DNA of 54,304 bases from Minisyncoccia bacterium (GCA_044356325.1 JBIKWJ010000001.1:1-54304), one strand, 5' to 3'; counted from the stretch's first letter, positions 1 through 10,937 are shown. Notes: generated by a model from the letters alone, not told the origin. Made by a program: numbers and translations.

Positions 1-2
1 GA

Positions 3-914
3 GCAATATATACCGCATCAAAAAATAATGATGGAAGAATAAATATAAATATGGCAGAGACATTGCCATCATTTAGAACTTGTCCAACAGGCTATATCCG
101 AGTACCTGGAAATAGTCTTTATCAAACCAAAGACTTTTGTGTAATGAAATATGAAGCCAAGGCAGTAAGTACCACAGATACCACAACAGGACTCGACGAT
201 CCCGAGACAGGATTTAACACCATCGACAATAATGATATAGCCACGACAGCCGCCAATAACCGGGCTATCGCCAGTGTAGCAAGTGGATATCCAATAGCAA
301 ATATAAGTCAGACCACAGCCGCCAGCTATTGTAGTACAGCAGGAGCAAGCCTTATAACCAATGCCGAATGGATGACCATAGCAAGGAATATAGAGGCCCA
401 ATTAAGTAATTGGACCACAGGAACAGCAACCTCCAGTGCCATAGGAACAGGAGGACTGTATAGAGGACATAGTGATACGAGCCCAAATACAGCATTAGCA
501 GCAGGACCAGATACTGATGGGTATATAGGGACAGGACAAAGTGGATTCAGTATAGAGAGGAGAACCCATACTCTTAGCAATGGAGAGATAATATGGGACT
601 TATCTGGAAATGTATGGGAATGGACAAATGATACCATAATGGGAGTAAATAAACCAACAGGAGGTTCTGAATTTACAGCTATGACAGGATATGGAAGTTT
701 AAGCTATGATTTAATCAGACCAAGTAATACCTGGAATAGTACACAGAATATGGGGCAATACTTTGTAGGAAGCACTACAGGAGGACCTTTCGCCTTCCTC
801 CGCGGTGGTGATTGGACTCCTAATTCCACTGATGCAGGGGTCTTTACTCTGGATCTTACTCATACTCCATCCTTTACGTACAGCAGTATTGGTTTCCGTT
901 GCGTCCTTCGCTGA
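3..914 (+). CDS. C-terminal part of an FGE-sulfatase/C-type-lectin-fold protein, probable DGR target (5' partial)
   Basis: Motifs FCVMKYEAK, WDLSGNVWEW, FLRGGDW and terminal IGFRC; the frame is open upstream of the ATG at 51 to the window edge. Confidence 0.85.
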   Translation, partial: AIYTASKNNDGRININMAETLPSFRTCPTGYIRVPGNSLYQTKDFCVMKYEAKAVSTTDTTTGLDDPETGFNTIDNNDIATTAANNRAIASVASGYPIANISQTTAASYCSTAGASLITNAEWMTIARNIEAQLSNWTTGTATSSAIGTGGLYRGHSDTSPNTALAAGPDTDGYIGTGQSGFSIERRTHTLSNGEIIWDLSGNVWEWTNDTIMGVNKPTGGSEFTAMTGYGSLSYDLIRPSNTWNSTQNMGQYFVGSTTGGPFAFLRGGDWTPNSTDAGVFTLDLTHTPSFTYSSIGFRCVLR

Positions 915-955
915 GGGCTTTAAGCCCCCCTCCCCTGATTTAGTTTGGGAGGGGG
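915..955 (+). other. Hairpins directly after the putative DGR variable region
   Basis: GGGCT-TTA-AGCCC at 915-927 and CCCCCTCCC...GGGAGGGGG at 926-955. Confidence 0.6.
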
Positions 956-1030
956 TAAATCAGCAAAATTTTTAGATAAAGATTATATGTTAGTAGCGGA
1001 GGTCTTATCCCTCCATTGTGTTTTGTAATC

Positions 1031-1099
1031 GTAGGGGCGACCTTTCAGTCGCCCGAAATAATTCTTATGAAACACAGGCGACTTTAAGGTCGCCCCTAT
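1031..1099. repeat. Inverted pair of GTAG-type REP palindromes
   Basis: GTAGGGGCGACC-tttca-GTCGCCC facing GGCGAC-tttaa-GGTCGCCCCTA; related copies near 1572, 28122, 41316 and 50001. Confidence 0.75.
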
Positions 1100-1214
1100 A
1101 TAAGGATAATAGTGGAGGGATACTCCGCTACGAAAGCATAACTTATCTACTATCTCCTCATCTCATACAACATATTGACCGAGTTGTGAAATCTTGCTAT
1201 ACTATAATCTAGTT

Positions 1215-1291
1215 GGCCTTGTCGTCTAGTCCGGTCAGGACGCCAGGTTTTCATCCTGGTAACACGGGTTCGAATCCCGTCGAGGCTACCA
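1215..1291 (+). tRNA. tRNA-Glu(TTC)
   Basis: Acceptor GGCCTTG/CGAGGCT, anticodon arm CCAGG-TT-TTC-AT-CCTGG, GGTTCGAATCC, encoded CCA. Confidence 0.95.
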
Positions 1292-1297
1292 ATTACT

Positions 1298-1370
1298 GCT
1301 CCTGTGGTGAAACTGGATATCACTACGGTCTTCGGAACCGTCATTCGGGGTTCGAACCCCTGCGGGAGCA
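1298..1370 (+). tRNA. tRNA-Arg(TCG)
   Basis: Acceptor GCTCCTG/CGGGAGC, anticodon arm ACGGT-CT-TCG-GA-ACCGT, GGTTCGAACCC. Confidence 0.95.
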
Positions 1371-1557
1371 CAGATAGAAGGAATATGTCAGTGACATATT
1401 CCTATAGGGGTTCGAAAGTCGGAGCCTGGTGTGAGTTTGCCTGAAAGGGGAGGCGAACACGGCGAGACGGGGTCGCGAGAATTTACCGTCAGGGAAATTA
1501 CTTGTGACCGAACCCCTGCGGGAGCACAGATAGAAGGAATATGTCAGTAACATATTC
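1353..1557 (+). repeat. 49-bp direct repeat of the tRNA-Arg 3' end plus downstream hairpin, flanking a structured insert
   Basis: 1353-1401 matches 1509-1557 with one mismatch. Confidence 0.9.
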
Positions 1558-1599
1558 AATATATGAGTTGTGTGGGGGTTACCTTATAGTCGCCCGTAT

Positions 1600-1790
1600 T
1601 CCACCCCACCGTCTAGCGACGGCACCCCTCAAGAGGGGAATATATAAAAATGTACTGTACGAAAAATTCCCCTCTTGAGGGGTGGCTCCTCTCATACTTT
1701 TGTTTGGGAGGAGCCGGGGTGGATAAAATATGAACTTGAAGTCTATCCACCCCCGCCTTACAGGCTCCCCCCTCCAAATGGGGACAAAAA
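1600..1790. repeat. Cluster of CCCCTCAAGAGGGG-family palindromic repeats
   Basis: CCACCCC-hairpin-CACCCCTCAAGAGGGG units in alternating orientation; same family recurs through the window. Confidence 0.85.
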
Positions 1791-1841
1791 TACAGCTTCT
1801 CCCAAAGTCTTGTAATGAAGCCTCTTACCTTGTACATACCC

Positions 1842-1870
1842 TTGACTTTATACCTAAAATGGGGTATAAT
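1842..1870 (+). promoter_or_regulatory. Sigma70-type promoter of rpoBC
   Basis: TTGACT-N17-TATAAT. Confidence 0.75.
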
Positions 1871-2046
1871 ATTTGCAACGGATGAGTGATGACACGTGAG
1901 AATTTATTGGATTGGCTATCAAATAATGACGATACAGATACATATTGCTTAGTACAAAAGAAAGTAATGGATTTACCATTGCTTATTTTGTGCGTTTATA
2001 AGTAATTCCGAATAAGTCCTCATCAAAGCACTATTAGATTAAGTAT

Positions 2047-5000
2047 ATGCATATGGCAAAAAATCAGAGAGTTTTCTTTAAGCCCACTATTGATCTAGAA
2101 TTACCAAATCTTATAGAGCCACAATTAGCTTCATATAAATGGTTTTTACAAGAAGGGCTTCGTGACCTCTTCGAGGAACATTATCCCGTACTTGACTGGA
2201 CAGGTAGCGAATATCGATTAGAATTTGTTGGATATCGATTGGATGAGCCAAAACTTTCTGAAGTACAATCTCGCGTAAAGAATATTACCTTTGAGGCTCC
2301 TCTTCGAGCTAAAATTACTCTGATTAATAATACAACTAATAAGAAAATTACCCAAGAAGTATTCTTGGGAGATGTTCCTCTTATGACGGAGCGAGGAACA
2401 TTTATTATCAATGGGACGGAGCGAGTTATTATTGCTCAAATTTTGCGTTCCCCTGGAGTATTCTTTACTGAAAATATTTCTCGAGATAAAAGATATTTTG
2501 GAGCCAAGCTTATTCCTACTCGTGGAGCTTGGATTGAAATTGAAACTGATGGTACTGGAGTAATGTGGGTAAAAATTGACCGTAAGCGTAAAGTTGCTCT
2601 TACTTCTCTTTTGCGCGCCTTTGGACTCGGTAAGGATAAGGATCTTATTTCAACTTTTGCTGATGTTGATACAGGTAAAGTAAAATTTATCAGAGAAACT
2701 ATTACAAAAGATGCTGCTCGTGACCAAAAATCAGGATTTGTAGAAGTGTATCGAAGAATTCGACCAGGGGATTTAGCAACAGATGATAATGCTCGGCAAT
2801 TAATTGAAGGAATGTTCTTTAATTTTAGTCGATATGATCTTGGTAAAGTTGGGCGATACAAGGTTAATAATCGATTAGGTGTTGACTTAACTGAAGATCC
2901 AAAGCATAGAATTTTACAAATTGATGACTTTATTAAAATTGTAAAAGAAATTATTCGTCTTAATAATGATACTCAGGCTATGCCCGATGATATTGATAAT
3001 CTTAGCAATCGACGTATTCGATTAATTGGAGAATTAGTACAAGAGCGAGCTCGAGTTGGATTTGCTCGAATGGAAAAAATTGTAAAAGATAGAATGAGTA
3101 CTGCGGACCCTCAAACTATTACTCCTACTAGTGTAATTAATGCACGTCCTCTCGTAGCTGCTATTCATGAGTTTTTCTCTTCAAGCCAATTGTCTCAGTA
3201 CATGGATCAAATTAATACATTATCCGAATTAGAGCATAAGCGAAGAGTGTCTGCTCTTGGACCAAATGGACTTGCTCGAGACCGAGCTGGATTCGAGGTT
3301 CGAGATGTTCATCCTACTCATTTTGGACGTATTTGTCCTATTGCGACACCGGAAGGTCCAAATATTGGACTTATTGGTCAATTAGCTACTTATGCTCATA
3401 TTAATGAATATGGATTCTTGGAAACTCCATTTAGAAAAGTAGTAAAAGGAAAAGTTACTGATGAAGTTGTATTTTTTGATGCCGCTGAGGAGAAAAAATA
3501 TGTTATTGCATCTGCAGTGGTAGATTTAGATGATAAGGGACTGATTATCAATGAGCGAGTTATTGCTCGTAGAGATAGTAATGTAATTATTGTTGAGCGA
3601 GATGAAATTGAATTTATCAATGTATCTCCAAAACAATTAATTTCTGTATCTACATCTCTTATTCCATTTGTGGAGCATAATGACTCTGCTAGAGCTTTGA
3701 TGGGCTCAAACATGCAGAAGCAGGGAGTGCCTTCTATTATAAGTGACTCTCCAATTGTAGGAACTGGTATGGAGCGAGATGCTGCTCGATATAGTGGTCA
3801 AATTATTGTAGCCCCTGAAGATGGAATTATTATTGAGGCTGATGCTGCGCATATTCTCTTTGAGGCAACTAAGTCAAAGAAGAGAACTTTATTCGAATTG
3901 ACTAAATTCTTAAAGTCTAATGCATATACAAGCGTTAATCAAAAAATTCGATGTATTCCTGGACAAAAAGTAACAAGAGGCGATCTTCTTGCTGATGGTT
4001 CATCTATGCAAAATGGAGAATTAGCTCTTGGACAAAACTTGAGAGTAGGATTTATGTCTTATGAAGGAAATAATTTTGAGGATGCTATCATTCTCTCAGA
4101 CAGACTAGTAAAAGAAGATGTATTTACTTCAGTTCATATTGAAGATTTCTCAATAGATGTCTCAGATACAAGACTTGGAGAAGAACAAGTTACTCGAGAT
4201 ATTCCTAATGTTTCAGAGGAGCGCCTAAAAGATTTGGATGCTGAAGGTATTGTAAGAATTGGAGCTACTGTAAAGCCAGGAAATATTCTTGTTGGGAAAA
4301 TTAGCCCTAAAGGAGAGACTGATTTGACAGCAGAAGAGCGATTGCTTCGAGTAATTTTTGGTGAAAAATCTCGAGAAGTAAAAGATTCTTCTCTCAAAAT
4401 GCCAAATGGTCATCAAGGAAAAGTTGTAGAAGTGAGAATATTTACTCGAGCAAATGGAGATAAACTTCCTAGTGGAGTTATCAAGAGAGTTCAAGTAAGT
4501 ATAGCTCATCTAAGAAAAGTAAGCGTTGGAGACAAATTAGCTGGACGACATGGAAATAAAGGAGTTATTGCAAAAATTCTTCCTCAAGAAGATATGCCAT
4601 TCTCAGCTGATGGAACTCCACTAGATATTTTGTTAACCCCACTTGGTATTGCATCCCGTATGAATCTTGGTCAAGTATATGAAACTCATCTTGGACTTGC
4701 AGTATCTGCTCTTGGACTAAAAGTTGCAAGCCCAGCCCTTGATGGAGTAAGTCTTGATAAGATTAAAGAATTACTTCGAGAAGCAAATCTTCCTGAAGAT
4801 GGAAAAGTTCAATTATATGACGGAAAAACTGGAGATGCTTATCTTGAAAAGACTACAGTTGGAGTTATGTATGTGATGAAATTAAACCATTTGATTGAAG
4901 ATAAGCTTCATATGCGATCTACTGGTCCTTATTCTCTTATTACTCAGCAACCTCTAGGAGGAAAAGCTCAAATGGGAGGCCAGAGACTTGGAGAAATGGA

Positions 5001-5235
5001 AGTATGGGCATTCGAAGGATATGGGGCTTCTCATATGCTTCAAGAAATGTTGACCATTAAATCTGATGATGTGATTGGACGATCTCGTGCCTATGAGTCA
5101 ATCATTAAGGGAGAAAAAATTCAAGCTCCATATATTCCTTCATCATTCCATGTATTGGTAAATGAATTAAAGGGACTTGGAATTAATGTTGCTCTCAAGA
5201 ATGCCAAGACAATAGTTGAGTCAGACGAAGAATAA
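2047..5235 (+). CDS. rpoB: RNA polymerase beta subunit
   Basis: GTFIINGTERV, TPEGPNIGL, GDKLAGRHGNKGV, GGQRLGEMEVWA. Confidence 0.99.
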   Translation: MHMAKNQRVFFKPTIDLELPNLIEPQLASYKWFLQEGLRDLFEEHYPVLDWTGSEYRLEFVGYRLDEPKLSEVQSRVKNITFEAPLRAKITLINNTTNKKITQEVFLGDVPLMTERGTFIINGTERVIIAQILRSPGVFFTENISRDKRYFGAKLIPTRGAWIEIETDGTGVMWVKIDRKRKVALTSLLRAFGLGKDKDLISTFADVDTGKVKFIRETITKDAARDQKSGFVEVYRRIRPGDLATDDNARQLIEGMFFNFSRYDLGKVGRYKVNNRLGVDLTEDPKHRILQIDDFIKIVKEIIRLNNDTQAMPDDIDNLSNRRIRLIGELVQERARVGFARMEKIVKDRMSTADPQTITPTSVINARPLVAAIHEFFSSSQLSQYMDQINTLSELEHKRRVSALGPNGLARDRAGFEVRDVHPTHFGRICPIATPEGPNIGLIGQLATYAHINEYGFLETPFRKVVKGKVTDEVVFFDAAEEKKYVIASAVVDLDDKGLIINERVIARRDSNVIIVERDEIEFINVSPKQLISVSTSLIPFVEHNDSARALMGSNMQKQGVPSIISDSPIVGTGMERDAARYSGQIIVAPEDGIIIEADAAHILFEATKSKKRTLFELTKFLKSNAYTSVNQKIRCIPGQKVTRGDLLADGSSMQNGELALGQNLRVGFMSYEGNNFEDAIILSDRLVKEDVFTSVHIEDFSIDVSDTRLGEEQVTRDIPNVSEERLKDLDAEGIVRIGATVKPGNILVGKISPKGETDLTAEERLLRVIFGEKSREVKDSSLKMPNGHQGKVVEVRIFTRANGDKLPSGVIKRVQVSIAHLRKVSVGDKLAGRHGNKGVIAKILPQEDMPFSADGTPLDILLTPLGIASRMNLGQVYETHLGLAVSALGLKVASPALDGVSLDKIKELLREANLPEDGKVQLYDGKTGDAYLEKTTVGVMYVMKLNHLIEDKLHMRSTGPYSLITQQPLGGKAQMGGQRLGEMEVWAFEGYGASHMLQEMLTIKSDDVIGRSRAYESIIKGEKIQAPYIPSSFHVLVNELKGLGINVALKNAKTIVESDEE

Positions 5236-5258
5236 TCATCATTTAATACGATATCTCT

Positions 5259-8200
5259 ATGAATAATCAAATCACCCCAAACAATGAGAAAGAGACTATA
5301 TCTATGAATGTAGTTGACTTCGATTCTATACAATTAACCCTGGCTTCTCCTGAAGATATTCTTGCATGGTCATCTGGAGAGGTTACTAAACCTGAAACTA
5401 TCAATTATCGAACTCAGAAAGCTGAGAAAGATGGTTTATTCTCAGAAAAAATCTTCGGACCTGTAAGAGATTATGAATGTTCTTGTGGAAAATATCGACG
5501 AATTCGATATAAGGGAATTATTTGTGATAAATGTGGAGTTGAAGTTACCAAATCTTCCGTTCGAAGAGAGAGAATGGCTCATATTGAACTTGCTATTCCG
5601 GTTGCACATATTTGGTTTTTACGAAATATTCCAAGCCGAATTGCTTTAATCTTAAATCAAACATTAACAGATGTTGAAAAAGTAGTATATTATTCTAGCT
5701 ATATTATCACAGAAGTTGATGAGAATCTAAAAAAAGATTATATCAAACAAGTGGAAGCAGAATATAAATATAAGCTTAATGATTTAGGTGTTGGTGGTAA
5801 TGATAGTGATCAGGCTTTACAAGAATTACTGGACTCCAAGCAACAGGCTTTAGATTTTCTTGCTACTCTTGAGAAATGGAATATTATTTCAGAAATTGAT
5901 TATCGTTTGATGTCAATGAAATTTGCTCCTGTATTCAAGGCTGCAACAGGTTCAGCTGTACTTCGTACTATTTTTGCTGGAATTGACCTGGAGGCAGAAC
6001 TTAAGAATTTAGAAAAAGAATTAGAAGTTGCTGATGGGCTCAAAGCTCAGAAAATTATCAAGAAAATTCGATTCCTTGGAGGATTACATCAAGCTAATGT
6101 TCGGCCAGAATGGATGTTCCTTACTCATCTTCCAGTTATCCCACCAGACCTTCGGCCAATGGTAGCTCTTGATGGAGGAAGATTTGCAACTTCAGATCTT
6201 AATGATTTGTATCGACGTGTAATTAATCGAAATAATCGATTAAAGAAATTGATGTCACAAAGAGCTCCTGAAGTAATTGTGCGTAATGAAAAGAGAATGT
6301 TACAAGAAGCAGTGGATGCCCTTATTGATAATTCAATGAGAAAGGGTCAATCAACTACAGTAGCTTCAACAGGACAAAAGAGAGTTCTCAAATCTCTTGC
6401 CGATTCTCTTAAAGGAAAGCAAGGGCGATTCCGACAAAATCTTCTTGGAAAGCGTGTAGATTATTCTGCTCGATCAGTAATTGTTGTTGGACCTAATCTT
6501 AAAATTAATGAGTGTGGAATTCCAAAAACCATGGCACTCGAATTATTCAAACCATTTATCATCAATCGATTAATAGAAGATGAATTTGCACATAATATTC
6601 GAAGTGCAACACGATTAATTGAACAAGGATTAGATATTGTTTGGGATATTCTTGATGAAGTTATTGAGCATCGATATGTTCTCTTGAACCGAGCACCTAC
6701 TCTTCATAGATTGAGTATTCAAGCTTTCAAACCAGTCTTGATTGAAGGAAAAGCTATTCAATTAAGTCCTATGGTATGTAGCCCCTTTAATGCTGATTTC
6801 GATGGAGATCAAATGGCGGTACATGTACCTTTGTCTGAAGAGGCTGTACGAGAAGCGGGAGAGTTAATGATATCTGATCATAACTTGATTAAACCATCCG
6901 ATGGAAGTCCTTCTTCAGCACCATCACAAGATATGGTATTGGGAATTTATTATACCACCGTTACTGATGAGAGTGATAAACCTGTTCAAGTATTCAGAAC
7001 CTTTGATGAAGCTGTGACTGCTTATGATCATAAGCAACTTGCTCTAAGAGAATTAGTAGAAATTCGAAATGAAGCAAAAGTTGGAAATACTCCAATCAAA
7101 ACAACCGTTGGGCGAATTTCATTTAATGAAATATTGCCAGAAGGATTTGAGTATGTAAATGAAGTAGTTGGTAAAAAACAGCTGAAGAATCTCTTGAATA
7201 AAGCTTTATATGAATTCACTCAACCACAAGTAGGAGAATTCTTAGATAGACTTAAGAAATTTGGATTTGCTGAAATGACTCGATCAGGATTATCTTGGGC
7301 TATTAGTGACTTCACCGTTTCTGATAAAAAAGATAAGCTTATTACCAATGCACAAAATAGTGTTGAGGAGGTAACCAATCAATTTGAAGATGGATTATTG
7401 ACTGAAAAAGAACGCTATGCACAAATTGTAGATGTATGGAGCAAGGCTTCTATCGAAATTGGAGCATTAGTACGATCAGAAGTTGATGTAAACGGACCGG
7501 TATTCTCTATGATTGATTCAGGAGCTCGAGGATCTTGGGGACAATTAAATCAGATGGCAGGAATGAAAGGACTGGTGGTATCACCATCAGGAAAAATTAT
7601 TGAAACTCCGATTACCTCTAGTTTCCTCAAGGGTCTTACTGAATTAGAATATTTCATCTCTACTCATGGAGCTCGAAAAGGACTTGTAGATACCGCTTTG
7701 AAGACAGCTACATCTGGATATCTTACTCGAAGACTCGTCGATGTAAATCAGGATATTGTGGTAAAAGAATCAGATTGTGGAGATACAACTGGACTCGTAT
7801 TATCACGTAGGGATGCTGAAGAAGCAGGAGATAGCTTTACCAATTTCATATTCGGAAGAAAAACTGTAGATGATATTGTGAACCCTGAGACCAAGAAAAC
7901 AATTGTGAAAGCAGGAGAGTTCATTACTCATGCTGAAGCTGAAATTATTGATACACTTGGTATTGATAATGTAAGAATTCGAAGTTTGGTAAGTTGTAAA
8001 ACCATTCGAGGAGTATGTCAATCTTGTTATGGAATTGACCTTGGGCGTAATGCAATTGTAAAAATTGGAGAAGCAGTAGGAATTGTTACTGCTCAAGCTA
8101 TTGGAGAACCTGCAACACAGTTAACTATGCGTACTTTCCATCAAGGAGGTTCAGCTGGAGCTGCTGATGTTACCAAGGGACTTCCAAGAGTAGAAGAAGT

Positions 8201-8894
8201 CTTCGAAGCTCGTAATCCAAAAACTCAAGCTATGATGTCAACTGTAGCTGGAACCGTAGTAGATGTGATTGAAACAGCTGGAGAAATTAGAATTAAGATT
8301 AAAACCGATGATTCTAAAGAAGCTAAGAAGTCAAAAGCAGATATCAAGGAACTTGTGGCTGACCCCGTAGTAGATATTGTTCTTGTGAAAGTAGGAGATA
8401 CTGTTGAAGTAGGACAACCAATTACAGAAGGACATCTTGATCTTGAAAAACTCTATAAGCATGCAGGTATTGATACTTTAACTCGATATATTATTCAGCA
8501 AATTCTTGAAATTTATAATTCTCAAGGAGCTGGAATTGCTATTAAGCATGTTGAGATGATTGTAAGACAAATGACTTCACGATATATGGTAACTGAACCA
8601 GGAAAATCTAGTTATTTGAAGGGACAAACTATTACACGTGATCAACTTCTTGAATTCAATCGATTCACCGAGAATAAAGATGATTTGATACAAGTAGACC
8701 CTCTATTGCAAGGTATTACCAAAGTTGCTCTTAATACTGAAAGTTTCTTATCAGCTGCATCTTTCCAAAATACCACCAAGGTATTAATTGATGCTGCCTT
8801 ATTTGGAAAAGAAGATCATTTGAGAGGGCTGAAAGAAAATGTCATTATCGGAAGACTTATCCCAGCAGGAACTGGATTCGAAACCGAGCGATAA
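5259..8894 (+). CDS. rpoC: RNA polymerase beta' subunit
   Basis: [10 protein letters not shown]-terminal zinc ribbon, catalytic [24 protein letters not shown]. Confidence 0.99.
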   Translation: MNNQITPNNEKETISMNVVDFDSIQLTLASPEDILAWSSGEVTKPETINYRTQKAEKDGLFSEKIFGPVRDYECSCGKYRRIRYKGIICDKCGVEVTKSSVRRERMAHIELAIPVAHIWFLRNIPSRIALILNQTLTDVEKVVYYSSYIITEVDENLKKDYIKQVEAEYKYKLNDLGVGGNDSDQALQELLDSKQQALDFLATLEKWNIISEIDYRLMSMKFAPVFKAATGSAVLRTIFAGIDLEAELKNLEKELEVADGLKAQKIIKKIRFLGGLHQANVRPEWMFLTHLPVIPPDLRPMVALDGGRFATSDLNDLYRRVINRNNRLKKLMSQRAPEVIVRNEKRMLQEAVDALIDNSMRKGQSTTVASTGQKRVLKSLADSLKGKQGRFRQNLLGKRVDYSARSVIVVGPNLKINECGIPKTMALELFKPFIINRLIEDEFAHNIRSATRLIEQGLDIVWDILDEVIEHRYVLLNRAPTLHRLSIQAFKPVLIEGKAIQLSPMVCSPFNADFDGDQMAVHVPLSEEAVREAGELMISDHNLIKPSDGSPSSAPSQDMVLGIYYTTVTDESDKPVQVFRTFDEAVTAYDHKQLALRELVEIRNEAKVGNTPIKTTVGRISFNEILPEGFEYVNEVVGKKQLKNLLNKALYEFTQPQVGEFLDRLKKFGFAEMTRSGLSWAISDFTVSDKKDKLITNAQNSVEEVTNQFEDGLLTEKERYAQIVDVWSKASIEIGALVRSEVDVNGPVFSMIDSGARGSWGQLNQMAGMKGLVVSPSGKIIETPITSSFLKGLTELEYFISTHGARKGLVDTALKTATSGYLTRRLVDVNQDIVVKESDCGDTTGLVLSRRDAEEAGDSFTNFIFGRKTVDDIVNPETKKTIVKAGEFITHAEAEIIDTLGIDNVRIRSLVSCKTIRGVCQSCYGIDLGRNAIVKIGEAVGIVTAQAIGEPATQLTMRTFHQGGSAGAADVTKGLPRVEEVFEARNPKTQAMMSTVAGTVVDVIETAGEIRIKIKTDDSKEAKKSKADIKELVADPVVDIVLVKVGDTVEVGQPITEGHLDLEKLYKHAGIDTLTRYIIQQILEIYNSQGAGIAIKHVEMIVRQMTSRYMVTEPGKSSYLKGQTITRDQLLEFNRFTENKDDLIQVDPLLQGITKVALNTESFLSAASFQNTTKVLIDAALFGKEDHLRGLKENVIIGRLIPAGTGFETER

Positions 8895-8958
8895 TATTTT
8901 GCAGAATATGTTTTCTGATGTATACTAGTACTATACATAGGATTAAAATAAAAAGATA

Positions 8959-9714
8959 ATGAATCGAAAAGCCATTATTATTTGGGGAATTGTAGGTATA
9001 ATAGCCATTATTGGTATTATGTTGACCTATATTCTTCTTCGTAATAATGGCTCTTCTGATAGGGTAAATACTACTTCACAGAATCAAAATGAGGAATTAA
9101 ATCAACTCAACACTGATCCAAACACCAATATATCTGAGGGGTCAGAAAATAGAGAAGGGAGTGGAGACTACTATTATTGGAGTATTATGCCAACCAAATT
9201 ACAATCTAAATTTTTGACTCCTAGAGAGAATTCAAATTTAGATTATTTTTACTCTAAAGATTTAGGAATTGCTTTTTCGTATGAAGTAGTCGCTATTGCC
9301 TCAGACAAATATATTGCAGTCTCTCCTGAAGATAATAAGATATACTTACATATTCTTGATACTCTAAAAGACTCAGGTCAATCAATAGAAATTATTACTA
9401 TAGACTCAGACAAGAGATTTAATACTATTCCAGACATTATTGCCACTCAACTATTAACCCCAGCACAGAATAACAATTGTCAAGTAACAGAAAAAGATGC
9501 GAGGTATAGTGTTATTGCTAAAGATACTAAAGTAAAAGATTCAACCTCAATTTGTGGTAAATATGCTAAGGGAAATAATAGATTCTTTATAAAACCTCAA
9601 GAAGAGGGGACTGCAACCAATAAATTAGTATTTGTGACTGCAGGGGATAAGGAGCTTAGTTATGATGGGAGTAATAACGGTAAATTCTGGTATCAGTCTG
9701 TAGTTGTAGAGTAA
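8959..9714 (+). CDS. Hypothetical protein with N-terminal membrane anchor
   Basis: 251-aa ORF, one hydrophobic N-terminal helix then a polar linker. Confidence 0.8.
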   Translation: MNRKAIIIWGIVGIIAIIGIMLTYILLRNNGSSDRVNTTSQNQNEELNQLNTDPNTNISEGSENREGSGDYYYWSIMPTKLQSKFLTPRENSNLDYFYSKDLGIAFSYEVVAIASDKYIAVSPEDNKIYLHILDTLKDSGQSIEIITIDSDKRFNTIPDIIATQLLTPAQNNNCQVTEKDARYSVIAKDTKVKDSTSICGKYAKGNNRFFIKPQEEGTATNKLVFVTAGDKELSYDGSNNGKFWYQSVVVE

Positions 9715-9761
9715 GCTTTGACAAAACTTGTGTTTTAGTATATAATTCTACAAGACTGTGC

Positions 9762-9834
9762 GCCGATATAGCTCAGTTGGTAGAGCGCACCCATGGTAAG
9801 GGTGAGGTCATCAGTTCAATCCTGATTATCGGCT
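9762..9834 (+). tRNA. tRNA-Thr(GGT)
   Basis: Acceptor GCCGATA/TATCGGC, anticodon arm CACCC-AT-GGT-AA-GGGTG. Confidence 0.95.
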
Positions 9835-9859
9835 CCCCAAACTATATAATGATATTACT

Positions 9860-10018
9860 ATGAGTCAAGAGAATTTAATCAAATTACAATGTACTGAAAC
9901 CGGTAAAATTGGTTATTATACGCGTAAGAATAAGAAGAAAAATACTGAAAAATTAGAGTTAAAGAAATTTAATTCTGATTTACGGCGACATACTCTTCAT
10001 CGAGAAATGAAGAAATAA
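9860..10018 (+). CDS. rpmG: 50S ribosomal protein L33 (absent from the ORF track)
   Basis: Manual translation MSQENLIKLQCTETGKIGYYTRKNKKKNTEKLELKKFNSDLRRHTLHREMKK. Confidence 0.95.
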   Translation: MSQENLIKLQCTETGKIGYYTRKNKKKNTEKLELKKFNSDLRRHTLHREMKK

Positions 10019-10028
10019 TACATCTAAT

Positions 10029-10054
10029 AAAAAGGAGCTAATTAGCTCCTTTTT
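10029..10054. terminator. Bidirectional intrinsic terminator between rpmG and fur
   Basis: AAAAAGGAGCTAATTAGCTCCTTTTT palindrome. Confidence 0.8.
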
Positions 10055-10472
10055 ATTTTTGGCAAGATTTGCATATACCCTGTATTTCAAAGGAATGAGA
10101 TATAGGCTTTCCAATATGAGAAATTGAGCTTAATAGGGGATCAATGAGGCATTCATCAATATCAATGATAGTATTACATTCAGAACAAGTAAAATGATGA
10201 TGATGAGGTAAAAATTGAGATGATAATTCATAGGAAGTGGCCTTTTCTCTATAAATAGCAACTATTAATTGAATGCTATGAAGTTTTTCTAGAATACGAT
10301 GAATTGTGGATAAGTCAATTGATTTATGATTATTTTTTAATTGAGTATAAATAGTTTTAGCTTCTATAGGAGTTTTGCTCTTAATGATAATATCAATAAC
10401 AGCTCTCATATGCTGAGTTAAGCGAATATGCGACTTTTGAATATAGGTATATATCTTGTCATTAATAGACAT
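10053..10472 (-). CDS. Fur/Zur family transcriptional repressor
   Basis: IDLSTIHR helix, HHHHFTCSEC and C-terminal CKSC. Confidence 0.92.
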   Translation of the reverse strand: MSINDKIYTYIQKSHIRLTQHMRAVIDIIIKSKTPIEAKTIYTQLKNNHKSIDLSTIHRILEKLHSIQLIVAIYREKATSYELSSQFLPHHHHFTCSECNTIIDIDECLIDPLLSSISHIGKPISHSFEIQGICKSCQK

Positions 10473-10485
10473 AGAATAAAATTAT

Positions 10486-10559
10486 TGGCAGGCACAGTAG
10501 GAATCGAACCTACGACGATGGTTTTGGAGACCATTGTTATACCATTTAACTATGCACCT
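10486..10559 (-). tRNA. tRNA-Trp(CCA)
   Basis: Minus strand: acceptor AGGTGCA/TGTGCCT, anticodon arm ATGGT-CT-CCA-AA-ACCAT, encoded CCA. Confidence 0.95.
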
Positions 10560-10604
10560 AAGTTATTACATTATACCTATAAACTCCTATTTTTGCAATA
10601 TACT

Positions 10605-10770
10605 GTCCTCCTTCGGAGAAGGTGGATAGAGCTTATTTTTGTATTTTATCCCCCCCACCCTATGGGCACCCCTCAAGAGGGGAATTTTTCGTACAGGACA
10701 TTGGTATATATTCCCCTCTTGAGGGGTGGTCACTCTCATACTTTTGTATGGGAGTGGGCGGGGTGGACAG
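10605..10770. repeat. CCCCTCAAGAGGGG-family repeat cluster
   Basis: Inverted pair CCCCTCAAGAGGGG / CCCCTCTTGAGGGG plus CTCTCATACTTTTGTATGGGAG hairpin as at 1690. Confidence 0.85.
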
Positions 10771-10839
10771 AAAAGTGAGGAATATATTATTGACATCAAA
10801 ACAGATATTTGATACTATTAGATAGTAGCTATACATACA

Positions 10840-10912
10840 GCGGGTATCGTATAAGGGCTAATTATCTCTGCCTTCCAAGCAGATGATGAGGGTTCGAATC
10901 CCTCTACCCGCT
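10840..10912 (+). tRNA. tRNA-Gly(TCC)
   Basis: Acceptor GCGGGTA/TACCCGC, anticodon arm TCTGC-CT-TCC-AA-GCAGA. Confidence 0.95.
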
Positions 10913-10937
10913 CATTCATAAATAGTAAAAAATTAAA

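Noticed and set aside
1353-1557. attL/attR of a prophage or island
   Set aside because: Only about 107 bp lie between the repeats and there is no adjacent integrase
1018-1837. Short ORFs over the tRNA and repeat region
   Set aside because: They are translations of tRNAs and palindromic repeats
2181-8096. Antisense ORFs within rpoB and rpoC
   Set aside because: Shadow frames of conserved genes with no recognisable motifs
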